This document shows, one piece after another, positions 39,766 through 51,093 of a DNA stretch of 64,000 bases (position 1 is its first letter; every line of letters starts with the position of its first letter). The stretch comes from Hypanus sabinus (taxonomy: Eukaryota), in the NCBI RefSeq assembly GCF_030144855.1, contig NC_082722.1, forward strand, positions 27,404,001 through 27,468,000, written 5' to 3'. A model generated the notes under the pieces. It was given only the letters and a program-made list of their open reading frames with translations. It had not been told where the DNA came from and made no database searches. Both the position numbers and the translations under genes were made by a program.

Positions 39766-40423
39766 GTCATATGCTGAGGGTAATTGGGCAAATATTTCTT
39801 TAAACAAGCCTTATTGAATTCCCCGACTATGATTTGAAAGGTATCGAAATAGAATGTTACATATTTGGCGTTGGCAGCATGCAGTATCTCAGTCGGACGG
39901 TGGTCGTATGTAAACTGCGGTCAAGATCATTAAGGAGTAATCTCCTGGTAAATAGAACGGCCGACGTTTGATCGGTAGCTGTTCAAGTTTGGACGAACAA
40001 GATTACGAGAAAACTGCCACATCGGAGAAGCAACTTTTATAATCAAATAGATCCCTCAAACTTTTACCTTTTCCGAATCACTAGTTCGACTCATCCTGTG
40101 GATCGAGAAGCCATCGCTCTGTTCGCTTCCCATATTTCGTTGGAGTCCTGTTAAAGCACTATCCGACTTGCTAGGCCAATAATTAAAAAAAAACTGTTAT
40201 CACGAAAGCGGATGAAATTCTCATTTGGGCTAACCAAGAATTAAGGGAATATAGCTTTATCATCTTAAATCAGTTATGATCTGCTAGATCTTTCCTGGTG
40301 ATTGACAGTGCAGTACCTTAGTCGTGGGCACCAATATCCATACAATTCGTTAGTTCATGAGTTGGACGCATCTCGCACGCTGCCCGAACGAGGTTTGCAG
40401 TAAGATTTTCTTCACTGTTCCAG

Positions 40424-40575
40424 CATTTAGATTACATGGCGTAAGTTATATCAGTAGCTTGCTGGAGAATTTTAGAAAGCAATTGAATAGCGACAATGTA
40501 AAGCTGATTTATAGCGATGTAAGTGGCAGACGAAAAGGAAAGCAGTATCTAAGTTTCTCATTGGATCAGCCATGA
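40424..40575 (+). pseudogene. Candidate cytoplasmic ITIM exon of a paralogous receptor
   Basis: Strong acceptor ttttcttcactgttccag. Phase-1 open frame AFRLHGVSYISSLLENFRKQLNSDNVKLIYSDVSGRRK contains LIYSDV and FRK, like exon 61193 (FRK...IIYSPV). Perfect gtaagt donors at 40441 and 40519. Confidence 0.45.
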
Positions 40576-40659
40576 TCGTGAGCGAGGAATCTGGTCTGAT
40601 AAATTTAGTGTGTGTGTATTCAGAGGGAAGATCATAACGATTTACGAGAGTGATGCAAA

Positions 40660-43600
40660 TTACTTCCTAGCCTGGATCCACCTATTACTCTCCAACTCTT
40701 ACTCCAACTCGTTCTGGACTTCCCCAACATCGGAAACCATCTTTCTGCATCTAGCCTGTCCAATTCCTTTAGAATTTTATACGTTTCAATAAGATCTCCA
40801 CACAATCGTCTAAATTCCAGTGAGTATAAGCCTAGGCCATCCAGTCTTTCTTCATAGGAAAGTCCTGCTATCCCAGGAATCAATCTGGTGAACATTCTCT
40901 GCACTCCCTCTATGGCAAGAATGTCTTTCCTCAGATTAGGGGACCAAAACTGCACAGAATATTCTAGGTGCAGTCTCACAAAGGCCTTGTACAACTGCAA
41001 TAGAACCTCCCTGCTCCTGTGCTCAAATCCTTTTGCTATGAATGCCAACATACCTTTTGCCTTTTTCACCGACTGTTGTACCTGCATGCCCTCCTTCAAT
41101 GACTGGTGTACTATGACACCCAGGTCTCGTTGCACCTCCACTTTTCCTAATCGGCCACTGCTCAGATAATAATCTGTTTCCTGTTCTTACAACCAAAGTG
41201 GATAACCTCACATTTATCCACATTAAATTGCATCTGCCATCAATTTGCCCACTCACCTAACCTATCCAAGTCACCCTGCATCCTCTTAGCATCCTCCTCA
41301 CAGCTAACACCGCCGCCCAGCTTCGCGTCATCCACAAACCTGGAAATGCTGCATTTAATCCCATCGTCCAAATAATTAATAAATATTGTAAACAAATTGT
41401 GTCCCAGCACTGAGCCTTGTGGTACCCCACTAGTCACTGCCTGCCATTCCGAAAAGATCCCATTTACTCCCACTCTTTGCTTCCTGTCTGCCAACCAATT
41501 CTCTATCCACATCAATACCATACCCCCAATACTGTATGCTTTAAATTTGCTGACTAACCTCCTGTGTGGGAACTTTTCAAAAGCCTTTTGAAAATCTAAA
41601 TATACAGCATCTACTGGCTCTCCCCTATCCACTCAAATAATTACATCTTCAAAAAATTCTATAAGATTCGTCAAACATGATTTTCCTTTCACAAATCCAT
41701 GCTAACTTTGTCCGATGAGTTCACCTCTTTCCAAATGTGCTGTTATCACATCTTTGATAAATGACTCTAGCATTTTTCCCACCACCGATGTCAGACAAAC
41801 CAGTCTATAATTCCTTGGTTTCGCTCTCACTCCATTTTTAAAAAGTGGGGTTACATTAACCACCCTCCAATCCGCAGGAACTAATCCAGAATCTAAGGAG
41901 TTTTGAAAAATTATCACTAATGCATCCACTATTTCTGGGGCTACTTCCTTAAGCACCCTGGGATGCATACCATCTGGCGCTGGGGATTTCTCTGCCTTTA
42001 ATCCCTTCAATTTACCGAACACCACTTCCCTTCTAACATCTATTTCTCTCAGTTCCTCCATTTCACTAGACCCTCAGTCCGTTACTATTTCCGGAAGGTT
42101 ATTCATGTCCTCCTTAGTGAAGACAAAACCAAAGCAGTTATTCAATCGGTATACCATCTCTTTGTTCCCTATGATCAATCCACCTGTTTCTGACTGTAAA
42201 GGACCTACATTTGTCTTGACCAATCTTCTCCTTTTGACATATCTATAAAAGCTTTTACAGTCAGTTTTTATGATCCCTGTCAGCTTTCTCTCATAATCTT
42301 TTTTCCCTTTCATAATTAAGCCTTTTTTCCTCCTTTGCTGGTCTCTGAATTTCTCCCAGTCATCAGGTGTGCCCGCTTTTTTTTTCTAATTTATATTTTT
42401 TCTTCTTTGGACTTGATACTATACCTAATTCCGCTTGTGAGCCACGAGCACACTACCTTCCCTGGTTTATTCTTTTTCCAAACGGGGATGAACAATTCTT
42501 GTATTTCATCCACGCAATCTTTAAATGCTTGCCATTGCAAAAACACCGTCAACCCTTTAAGTATCATTTGCCAGTCTATCTTAGCTAATTCACGTCTCAT
42601 ACCTTCAAAGTTACCCTTCTTTAAGTTCAGAACCTTTGTTTCTGAATTAACTATATCACTCTCCATCTTAATGAAGAATTCCACCATATTGTGGTCACTC
42701 TTACCCAAGGGGCCTCGCACGACAAGATTGCTAACTAACCCTTCCTCATTGCTCAATACCCAATCTAGAATGGCCTGCTCTCAAGTTGGTTCCTCGACAT
42801 ATTGTTTCAGAAAACTATCCGGTATACATTCCAAGAAATATTCTCCCTCAACACCCTTACCAACTTGATTCACCCAATCTATATATAGAATGAAGTCACC
42901 CATTATAACTGCTGTTCCTTTATTGCACGCATTTCTAATTTCCTGTTTAATGCGATCCCTAACTTCACTACTACTGTTAGGTTGCCTGTATACAACTCCC
43001 ACCAGCGTTTTCTACCCCTTAGTGTTATGCAGCTCTACCCATATCGATTCCATATCCTGCAGGCTGATGTCCTTCCTTCCTATTGCGTTAATCTCCTCTC
43101 TAACCAGCAATGCTACTCCACCTCATTTTCTTTCCTGTCTATCCCTTCTGAATCTTGAATATCCGTGGATGTTGTGCTCCCATTCTTGATCACCCTGGAG
43201 CCATGTCTCTGTGACCCCAGCTATATCATATTCATTAATAACTATCTGCTCATTCAATTCATCCACCCTTTTACGAATGCCCCTCGCATTGACACACAAA
43301 ACCTTCAGGATTGTTTTTAAAACACTCTTAGCCCTTATAAAATTATGTTGAAAAGTGGCTCTTTATGCTTGTTTCTCTGGATTTAATCTGCCTGCCACTT
43401 TTACTTTTCACCTTACTACTTTTTACCTCTACCCTCATTTTACACCCCTCTTTCTCTCTGCACTTGTTCCCATCCCCTGCTACATTAGTTTAAATCCTCC
43501 TGAACAACACTAGAAACGGTCCCCCTAGGACATTGGTTCCAGTCCAGCCCAGGTGCAGACTGCCCTGTTTATACCGGTCCCACCTCCCCCAGAACTGGTT

Positions 43601-44335
43601 CCAATGCCCCAGAAATTTGAATTCCTCCCCCTTGCATCATTTTTCAAGCCACGTATTCATCGGAAATATCCTTCTATTTCTAATCTGACTAGCACGTGGC
43701 ACTGGTACTAATCCAGAGATTATTAGCTTTGTGGTACTACTTTTTAGTTTAGCTCCTAAATCCCTAAATTCACCTTGTAGGGCCTCATCCCGTTTTTTAT
43801 CTATATCGTTGGTACCTAAGTGCACCACGAACCCTGGCCGTTCACCCTCCCATTCAAGAATGTCCTGAGACATGCTTGACATTTGCACCAGGGAGGCAAC
43901 ATACCATCCTGGAGTCTCGTCTCCGGCCACAGAAACGCCTCTCTATTCCACTTACAATCGAATCCCCTATCACTATAGCTCTCCCACTCATTTTCCTTCA
44001 CTCCTGTGTCGCAGAGCTACTCATGGTGCAATGAATTCGGCTGCTGCTGCCTTCCCCTGATGACACACATGCTCCAACAGTATCCAAAACAGTGTATCTG
44101 TTTAGCAGGGAGATGAATTTAGGGGATTCTTGCACTACCTGCCTATTGCTACGCTGTCTAGTGGCCACCCCTTCCCTTTCTGCCTGTGTAGCCTTTCCCA
44201 GCGGTGTGGCCAAATCACTGAACGTGCTATTCACGACTTTCTCAGCATCGCGGATGCTCCAGTATGAATCCAATCGCAGCTCCAGTGGCTCAATGCGGTC
44301 TGCAACATTGATCAAAATGCTTCACATTTCACATT
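40660..44335 (-). mobile_element. Long CR1 LINE (ORF1 with SGNH/esterase-like domain plus most of ORF2), degraded
   Basis: Minus ORFs: LELRLDSYWSIRDAE; VHLGTNDI...IISGLVPVPRAS; YRQPNS...MGDF; GKSDHNMVEF; SPAPDGMHPRVLKE; YLDFQKAF; GVPQGSVLG; LVRLHLEYSVQFW. Confidence 0.93.
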
Positions 44336-44899
44336 GATCAAAAAGGTCAAAATGCTTCACAATTGTGGCTAAAACCGAGTCATTTTGCCTTGCTGCAGCA
44401 CGGCTTTCTCGTCATGTACCATGTCCTTTGCAACAAAGGTTAACATGCTGTACCATGTCGGTGGCTTCATATTCAGCTTTCATAATCCACAACACAAGAT
44501 CATCGATACCAAGTTCACCAGTGTAGGTAAACCTCAGTATACTGTGCCTCTGCTCGCCACATCTACTTCTGCCTCTTGGCTCCAAGGCACATGCGTTCGC
44601 CACCTCCCCTCCAAGTTCACTGGACAACAAAGAATTTGCTTTCTGAATACTGCTCGGTTTGTCCTATGGATTGTGTGCTACTGATCGTGAAAGTCACCAT
44701 GAAGTTTCCCTATCATCTACCATTTTACATCGCCTATTTTGATATTTCCATTCATAATTCAAGTCAATTAAATGGTTGCCCACAATGTAGGCTGAAAAGT
44801 TTTCTTCTTGTCAGGGCATTAGGCAGGACGGGTGCTGCATGACAGGGACGGATTTTTATAAAGATTAACACACCGTTTTAAGTGTTTCGTTTAAGTGTA

Positions 44900-46000
44900 C
44901 CTCGGTCAGTGATGATGTTCATGCGCTTGCTCGGCGCACATAGCATGTTGTGTGCATTCATTATAATCAAGTTGTTTTGTTTTCCGCATTATTTGTGAAA
45001 GCAAGATGTATGGCCAATGTTGCATCAACTGCGATGCTTTCTGTTATAATTGTGGCGAGTATGAGCTTAAATCTCAACCTCGGACTTTTCTTGTTCAGAA
45101 AGCCTGTATATTCCACTTTGAGTGTCAGATTGTCGACCAACTCAATGCCTGGGCTGGGCATATTTTTTGCTCAACAGGCGTGATCGATCTGAGAGTTTGG
45201 CTCAGAGTTAGTCAGTAGACAATAACATTCGTTGTACTGATGATATGGCGAGAGCTAGTTCTATCTGACCAGTGTCTCTGGTTTCTCTGTTATAAACAAT
45301 AATGATTTAACACTGCAATCCCCTTTCAGCATCGAGACCTGTGCTGCATGATAATACTCTTGCAGTACTGAAGCCACCAGAGACATAGAGTCTGGAGGAG
45401 GCAGAGGAAGATGAAAATGTTTAAGAGGCAGTAATGGAAAAACGACACTGATACCGATATAGATTTTGAACTCTTTATGTCGAGACAGCCTCTTGTGATA
45501 CGCAATCTGAATTAAATGATTTTGTCAGAGACTTGGGTTTGTCAAAGGCAAAAGCAGAACTATTGGCTTCAAGACTACAAGGATGAAATCTGCTGTCTCC
45601 AGGTACAGGAATTTTCGTGGATGTTTTCGATGTTTGAGAGATGTTTCCCAGAACCGGCGAAAATCCCGTGGAAGGCATTCAAGTATGTTGTTGAAAAATT
45701 TATTGGCAACTACAGAGCAACAAACTAAGTGCAGCTGATTGACACCATACTTCAAGCATACAAAACCATGAAGTACAGAACGTCAGTAAAACATCATTTC
45801 TCCATTCCCATTTAGACTTCTTCCATGAAGATACTGGTGCTGCTCGTAACGAGCATGGTGAAAGGATTCATGAGGAAAATGGCACCAAGGCAGCTGGAAT
45901 CCATCAATGCTGGCAGATTATTGTTGGACACTTATGCAAGGAGCCACAGGCATTGAATACAAACGGAAATCTTCACAAAATATTTTAGTTTAGTTGAATT
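44900..46000 (+). mobile_element. Degraded DNA transposon (transposase with N-terminal FCYxCG and C-terminal HLDFF...EHGERxH...ADYCW motifs; probably TcMar-ISRm11-like, classification from memory)
   Basis: CCINCDAFCYNCGE (45006 ORF); GLSKAKAELLASRLQ (about 45535); HLDFFHEDTGAARNEHGERIHEE and MLADYCWTL (45810-45935). Confidence 0.7.
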
Positions 46001-46059
46001 ATAGTCAGGTGTCATTACCATTATACAATTAAGCGCTTAATATTCAAAAAATTTTTATG

Positions 46060-46490
46060 CCTCCTTTCTCCAATTTTCTATCTTATACAGCTAATGTGAA
46101 TTGACCCTTCTATTCATCGTCAAGCACTTTATCTCATCCACATCTCAAGAAGCAACACTTCCGAAAACTTTGCTACCCAGTGGTTCTATCCATTCACGAC
46201 ACAGACATTTCACACAAAGCCTCCCCTTTCCCCCATCTTGCCCTGGCTCCATCTGCCCTTCACCTTTCTTCTACTGTTCTCCATTTCCCTCACCTTATTC
46301 GTCAAGTTCCAGAACTCTAGGCTTTGCCGTTCTGCTTATCACCCTCCAGAGTCTGTATCTAGCTTGACCTCCCCGACCGTCCTTTCAGGTCAGCTGTTTC
46401 AGCAGTTGAAAGTAGTTCCAAATGGCATACTCATCTCGCGGATCATTTACCCCTGTAGGGAATCAGGGCCCTTACGGATTATGGTAGAAT
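46060..46490 (+). mobile_element. Penelope-like RT N-terminal fragment
   Basis: Degenerate sequence resembling the PKIHK...GRPIVS region. Recognition only. Confidence 0.4.
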
Positions 46491-46999
46491 TAGAAACGGT
46501 TTAAAATTCCATATTCAAGGAATATTAAATATCCTAATAGGAAAGATAACAAAAAATTAATGGGCCATCTCGCCTGACTATTGAATATGGAATGCACGGA
46601 ATATCCAGAAAATAGGGTAAGCACGTACAGGCAGATCGACAGAATTAATATTTCAATTTTTCTTCTTTTCTCAGAATTGTGCTTCTGGACTTTTAAACCT
46701 ACGTTCATGAATTATGAATCCAAGCAATTAAATTAACATCGAAAGAAGTGAGTGCATTATTGTGTTTTCTTTTCTTACTTTATCTGCCCATTTGAAAGGC
46801 CAGCTATTTTGTTCAGGTCCGATGAAGTTTCATATCCTAGCAAGACAAATACACATTCACTTCCTTTTTATAATTCACCAAGACGAATATTTGCATGCGA
46901 GCGTCTGCAAGTTTTCTATAAAAAAAGATGTACTGAATAAAACTTTAGTTCATCTGTCAGTGTACCAAAAATAAAACATTTTTACCTTGTGTTTCTGGG

Positions 47000-47149
47000 A
47001 ACTAGTACGCTACCTGAGAATAGAATTGCACTCACGAGACTGCTGGTGACATCATGGAAAATCTGTGGTCAAAGACTTCATTTCTTGAAAACCTGTATGT
47101 AGCAGACAGCTCGTGTTATCACCCTTGACGCTCAACGGTTGGTCAATAA
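47000..47149 (+). pseudogene. Possible internally deleted Ig V relic
   Basis: One frame reads NCTHETAGDIMENLWSKTSFLENLYVADSSCYH. C-to-W spacing is 13 codons as in the intact V, and LENLYVADS compares with LWNVKVADS. Confidence 0.3.
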
Positions 47150-47509
47150 GTAACTTAACTAACTTATTTGATAACTTGCTTCTGTCTGCTGGATATTTTT
47201 AAAGTTATGCTGCAACGCCCATACTTCCTGTTATTGTGCCATGTTCATTCTGGAAATAAATATACAAAACAATTCCTAAAACAGCTAAATAGCTGATACT
47301 TATGTGTCAATCATTCTCTGAGAGCACTAAATGGAAACCAATTACTTTGCAGATTAAGGGATATTGTAAACCGATGTCAGGGGGAAAACATTCTCCTTTC
47401 TGATTAATTAATTGAAGGACCGCACCTAGCAGATATTCAGTTTAATTTGACATCGTGTCCGTAACGGACAGCTTGGCCGAAAGTCACATTCCTGTGCTGT
47501 ACTCGTCCA

Positions 47510-47712
47510 TTGTTGTATTAACAACAGCGTTAAGGGAACAAGGAACAGGTGGACAACATTACCTGAAGTTGCAATGTCGAGAGTTGCCGTTTTATCTAAA
47601 GCTTTCAACGATACTTTTAAAGACTCGAATGAAATGGGAAGTAAAGTCACGTCGCTTTGAATTCGACTAATATCATTAGATCATTTATTGGACAGCAGGG
47701 CTATTAATGCAA
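47510..47712 (+). pseudogene. Possible decayed Ig C1 relic
   Basis: VLTTALREQGTGGQHYLKLQCRELPFY versus intact ALPTPLEIVPIGGFSSPRKLQCKTAGFY (shared LxTxL, GG, KLQC-x4-FY). Acceptor aacaacag at 47527. Frameshifted tggacagcagggg...tgc tail. Confidence 0.4.
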
Positions 47713-49598
47713 AAACAGCATTGCAGATGTTTGCAATCCGAAATTAAGCAGAAAACATCGCGGACCTTCTTTAAAAGGGGGGAAATACAAATCATTTCTT
47801 TTCATGACCTTGTGAAAAATTATCGACTTGAAGTGTTCACACTATTGCTCTCGGCAGACGCTGTGTGGCTTGTCCAGTATGTCCTATGTCTTCCACTCGA
47901 TAGTAGCAAACAGTAGCTTTAATTTTGCAGTCAGCTCGCTCCAATTCAGCTCCCTATTATCCATTAAAGAACAATAAACACTCAGTTGAAACGTTTATCC
48001 TAAAAGAACTTTGTTTTAAACATTTCGGAATATGTTTGTAATGAAGGCAAAGGCATTTTTAAGGCGCGATATTATAAAGGATTATCTCGTCCGGGGTACA
48101 AAATTGTCTCATAACTTAGAGATCTAGATTTACAGTCAATCCTTTGGCCTAACCAGAGCTCTCTTTAACAGTTAAAAACATCTTGATTTTTTTTCTGAGA
48201 TTGTCATGTATTCAAGCATTTGAAATAAATAAGTAATAAATTAAATGCTTAAAAAAGAGCAAAAGCCTTCCTGCCAAGGCGGAAATTGCTCGTACTAGAA
48301 GGAAGTTTTAAGGTGCTTGCAAGTAGTTACAGAGGGCATGTCAGCGGTAGGTTTTTTAAACAGACTATGGTGAGAGCGTGGAATAGGCGGCCGGCGACGG
48401 TGGTGGAGACGGATACAATAGGGTCTTTTAAGAGACCCCTAGATAAGTACATGGAGCTTAGAAAAATAGAGGGCTATGTGTAACCCTGGGTAATTTCTAA
48501 GGTAAGCACATGTTCGGCACAGCTTTGTGGGCCGAAGGGCGTGCACTGTGCGGTAAGTTTTCTTTGTTTCTAAAGTGTCTTATACTTTCTTGTGCTTTTT
48601 TGCCCCAGTTAATGCTGAACAAATTTATGCTGGTGAATATATAGAGATGTAGGATTTATCTCTAAAGCAATTAAAACTAAAAATGTATCGACTGTCTTAT
48701 TCAATTGTGACCTAAGAGCTGCCACATCAATGCCAACCGTGCTCAAACGAGGCCAATTTTTATCAGCCAACCTGTTTTTAAATGCTTAGTAACCGGTCCA
48801 AGTTACTGCTCCATCCTTGCACACCATGAAGAATGGACTAATGGAGAGCAGAGAATGGTTCATGGGGAACTAATCACAGTTCCCTTATCTTTAGGATTTA
48901 TATGTCGAGGAAAACGAATATCTGAAGATCAGGTCAGAAATCTCGACAGAAAACTTACCTTCTGGAAATAGTGTTTTCTGCTGCAGGCAGACTTTTGTAT
49001 TCGGCATCACAAATTGCCTGTAACGTAAAACTAAGCTGTCTCTCATTAGAATAGTCTGCAGATCCACAGCAAAATAATGTCCATATCTTCTCCCGGCTAA
49101 ACTCCTCAATAAACAGACCTCAATTACATCCCGTGGGATCCAATTGACAAAATATGTGTTACCTATGAACAGCTTTAGTTCCAAAGCGGCTACATAATTT
49201 CAGGTCTGAGAGGACGGGAGATACAATTTAATAATGGTGACAAAGCTCCTATGAAAGCCCCGCATCACCCCAAGCGCTTCGTGGAAATTCGGAAACATAA
49301 CTGCTCAAAATATCGAGGCGTTTGACATGGCAAACAAAATCTTAACTCCGTTCGTAGGAAGCACTTGGAAGCTCAGTATTGTTTTATCGCCCACCAAAAT
49401 GGGTTTGAATATTCTGTGTAGTCATTTTATAAATGGATAACAATTTATGCCCTGACAGGTTGGAGACACATGGGTGCGTGATAATACTTACTTTTTCCGA
49501 ATCAGGTTAAATATATTTATTTATTTTTGCTCGATGGTCTATTCTATTGTCTGCCGTTTACTTTATGAAAATGTAGGAGATACTTGAAAGAACAGCAT

Positions 49599-49629
49599 TT
49601 CCCGGAACGCAACTGTTCGTGCTGATTGG
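49599..49629. promoter_or_regulatory. Perfect GAS/STAT palindrome TTCCCGGAA plus inverted CCAAT, about 1.4 kb upstream of the receptor ATG
   Basis: Motif match only. Confidence 0.3.
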
Positions 49630-49859
49630 ATTTAAAATGGATCCTCGGAACTGCAGTCAATGATTTGAGACTTCTTCGATGCGCTCTTTATAGAATATAT
49701 CGCCGTTTGAACTTATAACTTGCTGTTTGAGCTCCAAGCTCTCTCTTTATGTGATCAACGTCCTATTTCTATCACAGACAGCATTTGCTGCTGCTTTTCT
49801 CTGATTTCTTTGTGCGAGCTAATCACAGCCGCGAGTAAGGAACCTAAGTATGATGGGTG

Positions 49860-50160
49860 GAAACACGAGGAAATCTGCAGATGCTGGAAATTCAAGCAAC
49901 ACGTTGTCAGGGCCATGATCATCTCCCTCTCCAGTTGTGTATCTGACAAGCAACTTTCTAGCATTTAGCTTAATCCCTCCCCCTTCTGTCTTCTCCCATC
50001 ATTTCGGAGCTCCCCCTCCCTCTCCCACTTTCTAATCTCTTACTATCTCTTCATTCAGTTAGTCCCGACGAAGGGTCTGGGCCCGAAACTTCGGCTGTAC
50101 TTCTTCCTATAGATGCTGCCTGGCCTGCATTGTTCCAGCAGCATTTACTGTGTGTTGCCT
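49860..50160 (+). mobile_element. Penelope-like terminal repeat fragments
   Basis: aaacacgaggaaatctgcagatgctgg start and agtcccgacgaagggtctgggcccgaaac (mutated hammerhead-like core). Confidence 0.6.
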
Positions 50161-50895
50161 GAGTGTTATGGGGCCTACTTTGAAAAAAAAAATAAGCCTG
50201 AAATCTGTCACTGAAATTAATTCATGACGTTCACATTATATGCTTTGGTTTCATGAAACTTAGCATTTAAATTAAATGAAAATTGCTGATGAAATAGGCA
50301 TCAGTCCTCAGGATCCACAATCATACATTGTGCCGGAGACGTGTGCGTGACGACGTCCGAGGGAAGGCACTTGCTGTTCAATTCAGTCGCGTTCATTATT
50401 TCCTTTTTGGTTTGTAATCCAGACATTAAGCAGTAATTCTGTAACACCCAAACCCGAAAGGAAATCATCAACAGAAACAAATATTTTCATTTATGTATCC
50501 AAGTCCCTACCCGTCACGGCTTAAAACATTTTAGCCATAATAGCGCAATCGCTTTACGAGAGAAACCAGCATGAGCTATTTCACTGAAGGTGTATGATTG
50601 AAATGGAGCAAAACTTCAAAGGTAAATTGGAATTAAGAAATGCTGTGATTATTTTGTTTGCCTATCTTATTAGACATTCTTCAACTCCTAAGCGGATTTC
50701 CATCTTTACCATCAAAAATCGTAGAGTACAGATTTGAATTTATTTCTCAATAAAGATTTGGATAATTCCTGAATTCAGCAACAGGGTAAAATTTCCATCA
50801 TTATCACGAACGAACTAGGCAGGCCTAGGCAGGCAAAGAAATTAGAACTGTAAGAGTTCTTATTTTCCTCCCAGCCCAGGCAGATTTTAAATCTG

Positions 50896-50962
50896 AACCA
50901 CATTATTCTGAATTACGGTGGCGTCATCCTACGTCATGTTTACATGATCAATACATTTCCTC
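50896..50962 (+). promoter_or_regulatory. Candidate proximal promoter: RUNX (AACCACA), two CRE half-sites (CGTCA), ETS core (TTCCTC)
   Basis: Motifs clustered about 80-140 bp upstream of ATG 51039. No canonical TATA seen. Confidence 0.4.
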
Positions 50963-51038
50963 ACGAAGATCTTTTCCTCCAGCAAATTCTTAAAACACCA
51001 CTTGCATTGCAGGAGTCGGTCCATTAGGATTATGCAAG

Positions 51039-51093
51039 ATGTCGGAGAAATTGACGGTTTCGTACATGGCACTTCTGGCTATTACTTGGCTAA
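51039..51093 (+). CDS. Exon 1: signal peptide MSEKLTVSYMALLAITWL
   Basis: aagATG context, hydrophobic core, phase-1 donor A|gtatgc that joins the V exon in frame. Confidence 0.75.

Noticed and set aside
44385-44684. ORFs between the CR1 and the DNA transposon
   Set aside because: No motif could be assigned with confidence. Probably an unrecognised repeat fragment.
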